From: the human T2T-CHM13v2.0 reference genome, Homo sapiens
Length of the DNA stretch: 64,000 nt
Assembly (NCBI RefSeq): GCF_009914755.1
Contig: NC_060942.1
Strand: one strand, 5' to 3'
Part shown: piece by piece, positions 13,740 through 31,462 of the stretch
Position numbering within the stretch: the first letter of the stretch is position 1
How the letters are laid out: each line of letters opens with the position of its first letter
The notes under the pieces: model-generated
Told to the model about the DNA's origin: nothing
The model's input: only the letters and a program-made list of their open reading frames with translations
The model's database searches: none
Program-made: the position numbers and the translations under genes

Positions 13740-16700
13740 CTGATTTTCTTTTAAAACTCCAACACAATTTTTTTATTAAAAGGTTCATTAGGGAAAATAA
13801 TGGTTTTTGTTTTTGTTTTTTAATCTTTATGTACTCTAGAGAGCTTATAAAATACATAATATATCTTACAGAAGATGTTCAATGGCGATTGTTGAGTGTC
13901 CCTTTGAATGAACAAATGGAAGGATGAAGATTGAATGTGAATATGCAAGTGAGAGAGGAAAATATTATAAAATATCTTTGGATTCATTTTTTCACACACC
14001 TACTGGTATCAGTATGTGCAGTTTAGGATCAGGAAATCTGAGTTCCATGATCAAATTGATTAGGGACTTGCTATTCAACCTTCAGTAAATAATTTAGCCT
14101 TTCTGTGTCTCATACATTCAGCAATTCAACAAATATTTGTTAAGCACCTTCTATCTGCCCAGCACTGAAACATTTCTCACTAAGCATGTTTTGACCTGAT
14201 TTTCTTCCCGGTAATACACTTTAGTAGAAGATTGAAAATGTACCCTAATTTTTCTTCCTTGGAGTCAAATACTTTCTCACACTGAGTAGGTGAGTAGCTG
14301 GTATCTGCAAGACTGATAAATGAGAAAACATGTCATAAACTGACCATTCTTTGGACAGTATTTCTAGAAAAGAAAAAAAGAAAAATCTTTATCAGGATGC
14401 CATTAGATTAGCTATTAATTACGTTTATAAAGGAGTATATGTAATGAAGTAGAATTGAATGCATTATACAAATGGCATCTTTCTCAAATATGTGTTGCTC
14501 ATCCTTTTAAGAGACCAATGCAATCATCCATATTGTCTCTCCACCCACTACATTTAATTAAACAGTTTGGGTCCAGTGGGGTCAAAGGTGTTCAGTAACA
14601 TTTACCGTCTGACAGCAATCCCATGGCCTATATTCTGTGAATGTGGAAGCCCTGGTTCATTGCAATGAGCAGGTATCTGCGTTAGCAAAGCAGCTACCAC
14701 TCTAATTTTCTCTAATTGACTTGTTGGCAGTGCTAACAGAGAGGGCAAAAGATGCAGGAACATGCAGAGTGGGCCCCGACAAGAACTTGGCATGGATGAG
14801 GCCAGTGAGTGAAGTATATAATCTGTAATGAATAAAGGACTCTGGGCTGTCAATCTGGCACATGCCACTGGCATTTAATTCACACAAAATATTAATTAAA
14901 AATAATGATGTTCTCCCCAGCTTTTGTCGCCAAGTACAGCATCTTGGTCTAGCCCTGAAGAGCTGTCTACAGGTTTCTTGATTCATTCCCTCAGCCCCAG
15001 AGAAAGACATTCATCTCTTACCTTCAGGGAAGCCTCAAAAAAAGCTTTTAGAATAATGGGTCTCTCACCTACCAAGTCTCAGGGGAAGGAGAACCCAGGC
15101 TTTTCCTGATTACCCATTTCTTGTCTTTTTCAATCTCTGTGATCAACGAATGTGCATTTATTTTCTCCTTTCCTGGCCACAGAGAATATACTGGCCAAGA
15201 GCCATCTATTTTGGATGCTCAACGAGTTAATAAATATTTCTTCAGTTTCCTTTATCCCAAACTGAGGTGTTCTACAAGAAAGGTTGGCCAAACAATAATG
15301 AAAATCTGATCAATAATTTCAAATCTGCTAAATAACCCAGAATATTCTTGATTTAAAAGAATTCCCGTGGACTTCCAAATTATTATTTGGAAATTTATTT
15401 TCAAATTATTTCAGTATGATTAAATCACAGTAAATTCAAAGAAGAAAATACTGCTGAGCTTTATTTTGCAGAGGCAACTGATAAATTTTTAAGCCTATAT
15501 ATTTGCAACATTTTAGCAAGTACAAAAAAATACACTTACTGTCATGATTGTCACTAAGTGTATTCCTGCACAATGGGGTCTGGCCATAATTAATGATTAA
15601 TTCATTTGGAATCATCATGATAATATTAAATGTGTTTAACTCATTTGATGCTTCTGTAGAGGGAGCAATTCTAGGCAATTCTTTTGTGATTTACTGGTTT
15701 TAAAGTTTAAGAGCTCTGAGCATGTGCAGGAAAATAGTTCCACATTGCTCTCCAGTGGCACAGTGGTAAATTACACCCTTCTTACATACTGGTAGAAAAC
15801 CCTCATTCTCTCTTGCTCCCAATTCACACTTAAAGCATCTTTCCTCTTCCATATACATTCAAACAAAATACCTCCATCACAATATAAAAGGATATCAAAG
15901 CACTATAGCCCACTTGTTAACTAATAAATGTACAATATTTTATTGTTTTTTGTTCTGGAAGATCAATTATTGGATCAAACTTTATCAGGACCGGAACAAA
16001 ATCCTATTGTTTCCTCAGTAGGTCCAGAATGCAGTTTGGCAAGAGCACAATACAGAGGCTAGACTCCCCAAAAGATGTTTATGAGCAGTTAAAGTGTGAA
16101 AAGCATAAAAGAAAGCTCCTGGAAAAGGCAGTCAAAGGGGTTGTGGAGTCTTCCCAAGCCTTTATTACTTAGGTAGTTCTGCATTACTTTAGAAAAACCA
16201 TTGACCTTACCTGAGCCTCAAGTTACTAACTGACAATAGGAAAACATTGAGCCAAAACATCTTCAGGACTCCTAGCTCTATGGGATATTCTTATACCAGT
16301 TACAAGTCCATTGCAAGTGTGTTTACTTTTTACGGGGCTAAGCTGTTACCACTTTTTGTTTAAGTGTAAGGTTGATCTTCTCTAAGATGTGCACAGCATA
16401 GTAGGTATTGGTGAAATACAGTGATTAGTATAATTCATTAATCCAACAGAGAGTAAATTATAAAGCTCTCGACTCAGCATATTCTATACCATGGCTAAAG
16501 ATCAAGTGAAAGAAGCTGTCATTACTCAGATGACTCGAGATTTGGTAGGTATCAATATTAGCAAGAGTCTGTTTTGGAATGACAGTTACCTCAAATTTAT
16601 GGGGGTTAGGAGATGAAGAAATGATGACTGCTTCAGATTAAGTTAAAAATTCAAACCAATACAATGAGAATCTTGTATTCTCAGTACCAAGTAAGGTATT

Positions 16701-17529
16701 TTTAATTTTTTTTCTTTTTTAAAAAAGAAATAATATACACCCTGAAAGACTGAAAGGTAATAATCCAGTAATGTTACAGAAGCTTTTACAGAGTGCATTT
16801 TCTATGGAGCTATAAATTAAGCATCTGGGTGGTGGGAACAGAAAAATGAAGACATGAATTTAGTGTCTCATGGACTATGCTGACCATCCATAAGCTACAG
16901 CTGTTAACCCTGATTAGGAAGTCAAAGGCTTCCTATTAAGTAGAACATTCTTTGAATCCTAATCCAAATTGGACCTGTGAATATAAAACAATCACTTCAA
17001 ATCTCCTAGCATAAACACCTGTTTCATTCTTTTATATTTACCCCCCACCCCCCCCCCCACCACCTTACCACATCATATAAAGTTTCTAGTTTGTTGTTGC
17101 TCTAAAGGTTGACGGCTTGACTATGGAAGACCAGACTTCAGTATCTATTTTTCCGGGATTATATGTATATTGGCATGTAGTTGGGTATGTAGGAATCTGT
17201 CCAAGGTTATAGACTAATGACCACAGGCTTGGATTCAGTCCAGAGAGATAGTTTTTCCAGGATAGGAAATTTATTGTATTTATTGTATTTTCCAGGACAG
17301 GAATTTATTGTATTTATTTAAATTATCTGCCAACACTGAAAAATTTGATAATTTCTCATAAAAATCTGGATTTCCAGATAATCTGACAAAACTGGGACTA
17401 CCTTCCATACACTAATATTATCTTGGACCTGAATAGTGGCTCCACTCTTTAGATCAATCATATACTTTCCAAGATCCTCTCTGACCTAGTGGCTCTCATA
17501 CACTGTAGCCAAATCTAGCCGTTTTTCTT

Positions 17530-17553
17530 TTCTCTCTCTCTCTGATTAAAAAC

Positions 17554-17590
<37 letters not shown>
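17530..17590. repeat. (TC)n followed by (CA)n microsatellite
   Basis: Direct reading. Confidence 0.95.
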
Positions 17591-17592
<2 letters not shown>

Positions 17593-18449
17593 CTACCTCC
17601 TAAGCACTTGAGTGTGGAATTTCTGATCACTTTTTCACTCTTTTGATAAACACTTAGATAGATGCAAATACGGAGATGTATTCAAATTGCGAATGGAATT
17701 TGAACTGCAAAAAGGCAATTTTAAATGGCTCAAGCCTAATAAAAATGTTTACATTTTTGGTGCATAGATGATTCATATATTTGAAATCAGACGTAGTCCA
17801 TCCTGCAATAACTCAAAAGAATATATTTCCCAGTGGAAAAAAAAGTGTACTTTTTGATCTACCTAATTGTATTTTCACCATTTTTTCACTGAAATGTTTT
17901 CTTCCTCCTATAGTGCTTCTTAGTCCTACCCTTATTCACAAGCCCTAGTTCAAAGTTCATATATTCCAAAAGTCTTCTTTGATGACCTAAATCCTCACTA
18001 ATTTTTCAGACCTCTAAATGTATAGCATTCATAAGCTATATCACATACTTTATTGTTTAATTTTACATAGTCTTTCATTGTTTTCTCTGCCCAGAATTAT
18101 ATTAGTAACCTGACAGAAATTCATCTTCTCCAAGTACTTGGATCTCAAAGCGCATTTAACACTTGTTGATTGATTACTTTCTTATTAGGAAAATAGCTTG
18201 ACAACATACATTTTCAAAAAAGAAATATTCCCTTTTGGAGGGAAAGCAATTCACTGAATAGAAGCCCTTTGACTACATTAGATATAATCTTATTTTATTC
18301 TTCTTGCTGTATTATAGCTCTTGAATCCATGTGGTTTAGAGTCTCAATATCTTTAACATTAATACTTAGGTCACATACAAATTTTATGAAGAAAACTCAA
18401 TCAGATCAATTTTTATAGATGTCTATCAGAGATAAATACACTCATTTTT

Positions 18450-20566
<2,117 letters not shown>

Positions 20567-20678
20567 CTCAATACATTTTTATTGCTTACATTTATGTAAT
20601 TTGTTTTTCCTGTTCTTTCAGAAATTCAGAGAGCTCTTCTCAATACATAGAGCTCCCTGTCCTGTTCTTTTCAATAGA

Positions 20679-20874
20679 CAGGGTTCAGCAAACTACAGGT
20701 TACAAGTAGAATCTGGAGCAGGTCTTGTTCTTGTATGGACCCCTGAATTATAAGTGGTTCTTACATTTTTGAAGTGTTGTAAACAAATAAACAGAGATAA
20801 AAATTGACAGAAACAATGTGACATTCAAAGCTAAAGTATTTACTCTCCGGGCCTACGAAAGCTTGCCAGCTCTG
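20679..20874. mobile_element. MER58-like hAT DNA transposon relic
   Basis: Terminal inverted repeats cagggttcagcaaact ... agcttgccagctctg. Confidence 0.7.
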
Positions 20875-21487
20875 GATACAGACTGAAAACTATGGCAGCT
20901 TGCTTTCTGAATTTTCATGGTTCTTCTTCTCCCCTACTTTTAACTGGACTTTCTCTCCCCTTCATCAATATTGTTTCAATCTTGGTTATATCTTACATCA
21001 GTTCACAGGAGGTTGTCCCCAGTTTGGGCCCAGTGCTAGAGAGGAGACTTTGCAGGTCAGTTTTGAGTGTTTAAATTTGTTGTTCTGGAACTGATCTGCT
21101 GTGCTTTCCAGCATTAGCTGATACCTATTTTAGAATTATCCTGTTTTTAGGTTTGATGCTTCCCTTTGATGTTTCTTACACAGATGCAGACAACAAACAG
21201 ATGATGAGGCTGTCGGTTGTTTATTCACACCCACTTGTATATTAGGGTTCGAGGGCACACATCATCACATAGGTTTGCAGCAAGCAGATAAATGCTTTCG
21301 GTTTTCTACCTAGTAGTTCAGTATGTTTTCATATGGGGATTGAGGAAGATCAAAAAACCCTACTGCTACCACCCACTGCCACTTTCCTTTCTGAATCCAA
21401 CTCACTCATTCTTAAACAATTTACCAAGTAGATTATATGAAATTTGTTTTGAGGAAAATGTTTGCCTTGAGTATTTTGATACATTAA

Positions 21488-21628
<141 letters not shown>

Positions 21629-24280
21629 TGAAATTGTTAATCTTCCTCTGACAAAGTATATTTGATTTATGGTGAAAAAAGAAAAACTAAAATAAAATAC
21701 AAAGAAACAAAAATGAATATATCCTATCATTATCCTCTGATAATCCTCAGAGAATAATTATCCTCTGAGTCTGATAAGTACATATGTATACTTGCACACA
21801 TATGCATGCATTTTTTTATTTCTTTGGTTGTCGAAATTAAGTAGGAGGAATTCAGTTTATAAATTTGCACATGGACTTAGAGAATATAGATCTCTCAATC
21901 TGTTCCTTCCCAATAGCATCATGGTTTTGGTGCCCTGATACCATGCTTCCATCTCCTGAGCAGTTTGTCTCAAATCAATGCCATCTTTGTCCCTGCATAA
22001 AGGTTGCCAAATGCCTAAATAGACACTTGCTTCTCCACACAGGGTCTTTCAAACTAAGATGACAAGGAAGAGCTGGCCTTCTGGGGTGGTTTGCATTAGG
22101 CTGAGTGACATATGTGGTATCTTCCTGAGCTGGGCCTCCAGGTCACCCCAGCAGTGCCCAGGGCCTCAGGACCTTAAAGGGATAGCTGATTTAAGGCCTT
22201 GTCACCCTTAGGAATTTTTCTGTTAGTTGGACTGTAAAGGCAGTACATAAGAGTGAAAGGGCTCAAGATACTGAGAAAGAAATGGGTAAGATGGTGAGAT
22301 CCAAACTATTTATGGAGGTTATTTGTTAGCATGTGTAGGCTTAGTCCAAAATACAATAAGCAACACATTTGTAGGGCTATTCAGAGTCCCTGGAAAGTCA
22401 CTTGACTACTTCCCCAAACCCCTGCCACAGACTTATGTCTGAAATCTCCAAGTAAAACCCAAGTTCCCTCTCTAATTAATACATTGAATCTGCCCCCTCA
22501 CACCCTTCGGACGTCGTTTAACTTGTCAGATATTGTCCCCTTAACGAAAACAGAGGATCTGAGATAGCAAGCATCGGAGAACGTGAGATGTTACTGATGT
22601 TTGAAATTTGGATGAGTTGGAAGAAATGGTTATAAAATAAATAGTGGAATCCCGTGGCTTCTACTCCTGCCCAAATTTATGTGAACTTAGTGCAGTTTGT
22701 TTGCCAAATGTACAAGCTTCATTCATAGACTATCTTAAGAATACAGTTGTTCTTTGAATTCATAATTGTTATGTCATGGCCTTTAGAAAATACTGTCACT
22801 ATATTGATTTTAGTAGTATTATTTAAGGCAAAGTTGCTATTGTAGTCTCTTTGAATCTTTGACCATTGTTTCCAGGTCTACAATCTGTCTAAAGTAGAAT
22901 GCAAAATTTTGGGCAGATGTCAATATGTTTATTTATCTGTGGAGACAGTATATATCATTCATTGTATAATCAAAGGGGTTCATGACTTCTCTAAAAGAGT
23001 AAATAATTACCCCAGAGAATATTTACTATCAAACGTGTTATCTCCAAATATAGAAAGATGAGAAAACTTGAGGTTTGGGTTACAAACTAAGAGCTAACAG
23101 ATGGGTGTCTGGGATTTTAACTTTATTCCCTTGCTCTGCTAGCAACAAGATTCTTTGTGAGCAAACAGGCCACTTTGGCTGCACCATTGTGTCTCATAAT
23201 TTTCCTTTAGTGACCATCTCTGTCCTGCCTATGGTAAAAGATCCCCAGTAGCCGCTCATTGCCATGGTGACTTGGCACTTGTGATCAGGCCATGCAAAAT
23301 GATACTACAGTCGGTCTTTTCAAGCTCTTATTCTCTTACCAAAGCTAATGGCCCCAAGGAAGGACCACTGAGGTGGCAAATAAAAATCGCTTTTCAATCA
23401 GAAACTGGAAAAGGTGAAAGAATTCAAATAAACTGAAAGTAAGTTGTTCAGAAAGAACCACTGGAGTCATTATCAGCTTCATTCTTCTTAGCATTTGTTG
23501 CATTAATTCTAGCATATGACATTCCCAAGGTGGTTTCAAAAACACCAGTGATCCAGGCAATTTTTATTTTCTGATGACTCAGATCTTAAAGGAACTGAGA
23601 ATTGAAATAATACTAAAAGTTGGAATTTGTGTGAGGAATTTTCTTATTGGAGAAAAGCCAGTTAAGGGGTTCGAGAAGAATGCGTGATTCCAGCCCTTTT
23701 CAAAAAGGAAAGAAAACACTTTTTCTGGAAGTGGCAGAATTATTTTATTTTGCTTCCACATGTCATGGAGAACAAAGAACAAAATAAATGAAATCAAAGG
23801 TTAAGGAAACTCCATTAATAAAAGTGTCAGTGCCACATAGACGGCATCCTCTATCTCTAAGCTTCTGCAAAGGCATACCATGGACAGTCTCGAACAAGGG
23901 CCCGTGTAAAGTAACTACAAAATATATCACAGGCAATAAAACCTCAAGTCAGAATAAGCATCAGGCTATAGAGTTTTCTGCACACATGTGCTCACAGATG
24001 TTGGTGAGCTCTGGAGCCTCATCCCATACTGGGAATATCAGCATTAGAGCTGCTGAAAGTCTCACGTGGCCACATGCATTAAGAGTCTCATTTTTGCTGT
24101 AAAGCCCTTTATTTCTTGTTGTCTTAAGGACAAGATATCTTGAGCCTGGAGAAGGAAAGAAGATGAAAAGAAGAAGACTAATAAAACACGCTGTTTCATT
24201 GATTTATTCTCAACTGCTTTATCAATGTTAAAATGAAGTACAATCCACATGTAAAATTGCATCATTATTTTTAAAGTTCA

Positions 24281-24568
24281 TTTTTTTTGAGATAGGGTCT
24301 CATTCTGTTGCCCAAGCTGGAGTGCAGTGGTGCAGTCATGGCTCACTGTAGACTTGACCTCTTAGGCTCAAGTGATCCTCCCACCTAAGTCTCCTGGGTA
24401 GCTGGGACTGCAGGTGTGCCCCACTATACCTGGTATTTTTTGTTTGTTTGTTTGAGATGGAGTCTTGCTATGTTGCCCAGGCTGGTCTTGAACTCTTAGC
24501 CTCAAACAATCCTTCTGCCTCAGCCTTCCAAAATGCTGGGTTTACAGGTGTGAGTCACCACACCCATC
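24281..24568 (-). mobile_element. Alu (AluJ-like) with target-site duplication
   Basis: Antisense Alu with AluJ-type ggctcaagtgatcctcccacct; TSD taaagttcatttt on both sides. Confidence 0.93.
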
Positions 24569-24877
24569 TAAAGTTCATTTTGAATGTTAGTGTAATGACT
24601 CAACATTCATGGGCACTTACAAAAACACCTGTTAGGAATTGAACGGATTTCTTTCTCAGCAAAAGTTTGGAGGCTATATTTTGTCTTTTACTAAATTTTT
24701 TTTCAATTCTCTTGAATGTAACCACTCAGAGTCAGCGTATAAATCACCCAGTGGTAGGAAGAGAAAAGAAAAAAGTTCTGTAGCAACAAAAGAATGTGTT
24801 AAATTCAATTATTCAAATATTAATAGTTTCTGACCTGAGAGAAAAAGACAATTAATATATGCAATATGTATTAATAG

Positions 24878-25067
24878 CTGTGCTTGCTGTGCACGATAAC
24901 GCTCTGCTTTGCTGGAAATGCTCTATATCTGCATCAGACACTAGGTTTTTATAGCAATTTAACACTTGAAATTGCCTAGTGCTACACAGGAAGTGAATTT
25001 TTTGTTATTCTAATTTATTTAAACTTAACTAGTTCATATAACTAGTGGTCATTGTACTAGCACAGCT
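24878..25067. mobile_element. MER3-like DNA transposon relic
   Basis: Ends agctgtgct ... agcacagct form an inverted repeat; internal ggaaatgctctatatctgc is MER3-like. Confidence 0.55.
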
Positions 25068-27011
25068 CTGGAGGAAGTGTCAAGAAGGATGACAAGCCAC
25101 ACCTGAAAAAATATTATTCCATAAAATGGGAAAGAAAAAACTTGGCCAAGGATAGAAATTTCTGGACTGTGTAAGTCCATCAAGAAATACCACCCAACAC
25201 CCTTGCTTGAAATTTCAGAGAAGCATTCTGGAACTGACTCCAAGAAACTCAGTAAGAATGGTCATGAATAGTATACCCATTTAAGATCAGAAATAGCAGG
25301 ATTGACTATTTCCATTTCTTGAAGAAGAATCACCCTATTTCAAAACGTTATGTATGGCACCTGTGAAAAAACTATACAGTTAATGTATGTTTACCAATAA
25401 AACTGGATTAAGAAAACAGTAAAATAGGTCAAAAGAGGAGTTTGTAAATTAGAAAACGTCCCATATGTGTATCACGTTCTTCTTGTAAAGCCAGCTAAAA
25501 CTAGAAACAAGTAAAACAAAGTAGCACCTGCTTTAATTTGGCAAAAATGTCTTCCACTGCTACACAAACCGATGAATGATTGGAATCCTTGTGGAGACTG
25601 CAACGTCTTCTCTTTCCCCTTCATCGTTTTATAAATCTATTTGAGTTTAAAGGATCCCTTAATAAAAAGAGACATCAAATAAAATACAGAAAGCCTGGGC
25701 TCTGTCATTAAATTTTAAACACAACTCTCTTTCTCTTTCTCTCTCTCTCTCCTTTTATTTTTGTTTTTGTTTTCAGTTTTATATTTTGCTCCAAAGACCA
25801 CAAACTAGTAAACTACTGAATAATTCATTGGAAAACAGAGTGATGAATAGGGGATAGGCATTTGAAATGCAGTGGACAAAGTGAAGTAATCATCAAAACC
25901 AGCCAGCAGTCACTCCACTTTAAACTAGGCTGTTGAAAAAAATAAACCCTGTATTATGCTGCTGTAGACACCCAGCATATTAGTAGGTCTCATCTCCCCA
26001 AATGTTATCATATGCCCAGCCTGAGAGTTATATTATCACATATTATTTTTCTTAGAATATGCACTACATAATATAAAGATTTTTTAAGTGTAAATGTCTT
26101 AAGTACAAAATCAAATGCTCAAAGTTAGGCTGTTACTGTGGCCACAAAATCAGCTTCTCTTATTCTGATATCACAGCATAAACATGATTACAAGGTGTTT
26201 TGGAGAATTTTGTAAAAACACACACATCATTTTGCAGATTCCCATTATATTATGGATCAAAGCATGTATATACCTCAGTGCAAATCTCATAAGTCTGTAG
26301 GTAGTTAATCCTGTCTTGCCATCCAATAATATAAAATTGTAGGAATGTGTAATATGGGAACTCCTACCAAGACTAAAAACTTAGCTAATTACTCTGTGAG
26401 AATGTGGGTAAAATCACACTTCTACATTTTCAAGGGTTTCAGTCTAAGAAAGCCTGACAAACCAGGTGCTGTCTGAAACTTAATTATCAAATATATAATT
26501 GATCCATGGGATCATGTGTACCTGGTCACTCTGGTTTTGTGCAATCACAGCCACACACAGGTTGCTGTGGATGTCAGGGTACTTTGTTCTTTATTATTTA
26601 TTTGTTTCTTGCCCAGGAAATGTGTTTGCAGATATAAGCTAAGCAACAATGAAAACAGAGAAACCCTATTAAGTTAGAGAAGGAGGAGAAAATAAACAAA
26701 AAATTAGGTATTAGATAAGCAATTAGCTTTTTGTAGGCAGAAATAAACTGGAACCCCCATTTTTATCTTATTATTTTAAATTATATAGTAATAAAACTGA
26801 TCGATCCTGTAACTAGATCTTTTAAGAAGCAATGTGCAACATTTAAAAAATAGTCTTTAAAATATATAAGCAGAAGTGACAGTCAAATTGATAAAACCAC
26901 TCTAAGAGAATGAGTAAATTATAGAAAATATTCAATTACTTTTTTGCAATATAGCAATACTGTTTCTAATGTGTTTTCCGATTGAATTAATTACATTTTT
27001 TTCTGTTCTTC

Positions 27012-27382
<371 letters not shown>

Positions 27383-30345
27383 TAATTGATAGCATGAAAT
27401 TTAAAATGAACTGACATTTGTTTAACACATTGTTTTAAACCTCTCCTGGACTGTCATGAGTCGTTTTGCTGCTGTGTATCTATGTAGAAAAACAAAGCAT
27501 TTTAATAACTCAATATCTAAGATTAACATGAGAATAATTGTATTTTAGGAAACAATTCTAAGGCAAGGTAGGAAAACATCAAGTGCTGTAAAACGTTATT
27601 TGCTTTTCACCAGATGCTGAGTTTGTATAAATGATTTGATTCTGTGCAAGAGAATGCCATTGTCCCTTTAAAATAGCAGAGATCTATGTTAATTTTCTGG
27701 ATTTTGGTATCTTTTTTTTTTTTCCATTTGGAATCTAGATTGATTTACAAAGCGACCCTATTAATGTCACAGAGACTCATCTTTCAGTGAATATAACTGG
27801 GAATAGATAAGTTGAAGATATTTTTTTGTAACCTCAGCACTCTAAGCCATTAACATCTACTTCATTTAGCCTTGAAAACACACTATTATGGTAAAGAAAA
27901 CTCACAATCCACACTCCCATTTAGCTAATATGAATTCACCAGCTCTCTGTTCTTGTCCTTATCACAGAGTTATCTGACAACCTCTTTAAGAGCTCCTCAG
28001 AGATACATATTTGAGACAGTCATTACCAGTTTCAAATCTCTATCAACCAGCCTCAGGGATCATAACAACAAGTTATATACTAAGATAATTTTGTTACCTC
28101 CTAAAACTGCTATGATGTTAGTATATATAGACAATATACAAATGTAGACAAAAATGAGAAGATCAACAAGTAGTTGTCAAGAACCTACTATGTACCTAGA
28201 AATGTACTACACCATAGAGATGGTTTATTTTGAAAGAAAACATGGTGTAGTCATTGTTACTTACTACATATAATTTTAGGATGAATTATACACTCAGCTC
28301 TATGGATAAACTTAAAAGAATTCATAAGTTATTTGAGAGATATAATGTATAAAAACACATTTAGAACTTAAAACTTCACAAGATACTGATTGGGAGTGAA
28401 GAAGTCAGTTTTGAAAATAAGAGCATAAATGCCACCCAACAACTAAGAAATCAAATAGTTCAACCCTGGCTGTCTTCTTCCTACTCCTTTTGTGTTCTCT
28501 TAACCGCTTGATTGGGGTAGCTCTTGAGGAGATTTTAGGTCTCCTTATACTTTAGCCAATGTTCTTTTCACTGAACTACCATCCTCCTGAATCCAGCCTC
28601 AAGCTAGTAGTGATTTTGGGGGGATGAAAATATTTCGAGGATGTTTTTTAACCCCAATCCTGGAGCTATAGCTAAATCCCACCACCAATCCTGTAAGCTT
28701 GCTTCTCTCTCCCCATAGCCATGCTGGATCTTCCTGTGGTGTCTTTCAACTTTTAAATGGCATAAAATTCACATTTCATCATAAATCAGATTTTAGTTGA
28801 AACCATTTAAAGACAGTTTTCTTTGGTACTGCTGCCCTGTTAGGTGAGGTATTTGGAAGAACTCTCCAGGCAAGTCTAAATAGTATCATTGTTATAAGGT
28901 ATGTGGTAAGTACCCTATCCATCTCCTTACAGTAGTAGATTTAAGATTCAGCAGAACTATAAATAAAGATAACATTATCAGAAAAGACAACCAATGAAAC
29001 ATATGAGACCATTAAAGAATGTCTCTTTTTATATAGATTACCCAATTCTCTAAGTTTACTTTTAGAAGGCTACTTTCTCCACTTTAAAAATTTTATGTCA
29101 TAATTGCTGTACTTTGTAGATACATTCATTTCACAGAATGGCCATGGCGACTTTGCCAGAATGTGAAATGTTCTAAGGAAAAATGATTGTTTTCTTCAGA
29201 ATGGTTTGAGTTCCAAAATTTCCTGAAGCAAATTATTTCAGTTGAATAGTTACTACAGCAGACATGGAATTACTGAATCTCACAAAGAGTGCCTGTGAGG
29301 TGAGACTCAGCCCAAAAAGATTTTAACTGTTCCTCTTCCCTTCATCCTCCCTGACAGAAGGCTTTCAATTACTAACGTACTATTCCCTCTCTCTCTCTCC
29401 CTCTCTCCCTCCCTCCCTCCCCCTATATATCCATACCCTGATATGAGGAGGGTTAGAGAAAACTAGAAAGATATAAAACAAATTTAAATTTTACAAATAA
29501 TGGTGATAGACTCTTTGAGTTTTCACTTTGTACTTTTCAAGCCAATGTCATATCTTTACTTCATCTCACTTCCACTACAGCTTTAAAAGGTAGGCAGGAC
29601 ATACACACAATAGGAAACAAACAAAATGTACATGGAGCCACATGACCTGGGCTCATGGGTTGGCTTTGCAACCTCCTGTCATGAAACTTAACCTGCTCAG
29701 TCTCATTTTTCTCATCTATATGATGGAAATATCCATACTTACTGTAAAAACCATGAGATTCTTTGTAGTTAAGTAGGAAGACAGAGGTAGGTGATATAAC
29801 TTGACAGAAATTCCTCATTAAACTAGAGCAGGATCTCAGGTGACCCAATGGCATCATCCAGGGATTTCCCCACAAGAGTGTCCTTCTAGTTCCATTTACT
29901 CCCAAATCTATAATACAGATGCTCATGTTTTGATTGTCTAAAACCCTGTATTAACTTTCCTGATCAAATGGAGACATTTTCTATATGTTTTTCTATTAAA
30001 GTATTTAATCATATGATGTTTTATATGAATTTCTATTCAAAATATATCCATCGAGTGTTGACTAGTGCTTACTAGATATAATATGGATGTTACAGAGGAT
30101 ATGAAGTTGTGCAGGACTCAGTCTCAGCTCTCAAACTGCATGCAACTCAATGGGAGGAGCATATAACACATGCTTAAAATTACATACAACAAGAGACAAT
30201 GCATGAAATAATGTAGTTAAGATTTATTTAATACTTTCTCTGGGCCAAACGCTATGCTTTACTTGTCTTAGTTTGCACTTTAAATAATGCTATGAAGTCA
30301 GTGCTATGGTCGTCTCCATTTTACACACAAGAAAACTAAGGCTCA

Positions 30346-30660
<315 letters not shown>

Positions 30661-31078
30661 TCAGACAGGTACCATCTGGTTATTCTGTGCTCACAAAGAT
30701 AACTGGCCATGTTGCTCCAAAGTATTTCTAGGCTTTTTTAAGATAAGCTGTAGCTTTCTATGAGGTTTTAGAGGAAACTCAGTAATTCATGGTATTTATA
30801 GAATGCAAAGGTGTCAGTCTAGAACACAAAGACGATCTTACTTGTTGGCCTCTCAAATGCCAGTGGTGTCTGTGCTCAGAAACTGTTTTTATTGAGATAT
30901 GATCTTTCCCTCTTACCTAAAATACTTCTTATTGCCTCATTTCTCCCTTTTATTTCCATTTCTAAGACTTAGAGTTGTTCATGATCACGAAGGAAAGCAA
31001 AAATGGAAGTAATATATCTGCATGTCAGATACTAGCTGACCACTTTGTGTTTTATTTGATGGAATTTCATCTTCCTGA

Positions 31079-31462
<384 letters not shown>

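Noticed and set aside
17041-17063. C-run as a G-quadruplex element
   Set aside because: It is a simple homopolymer whose G-rich side is not in the pre-mRNA, with no other support.
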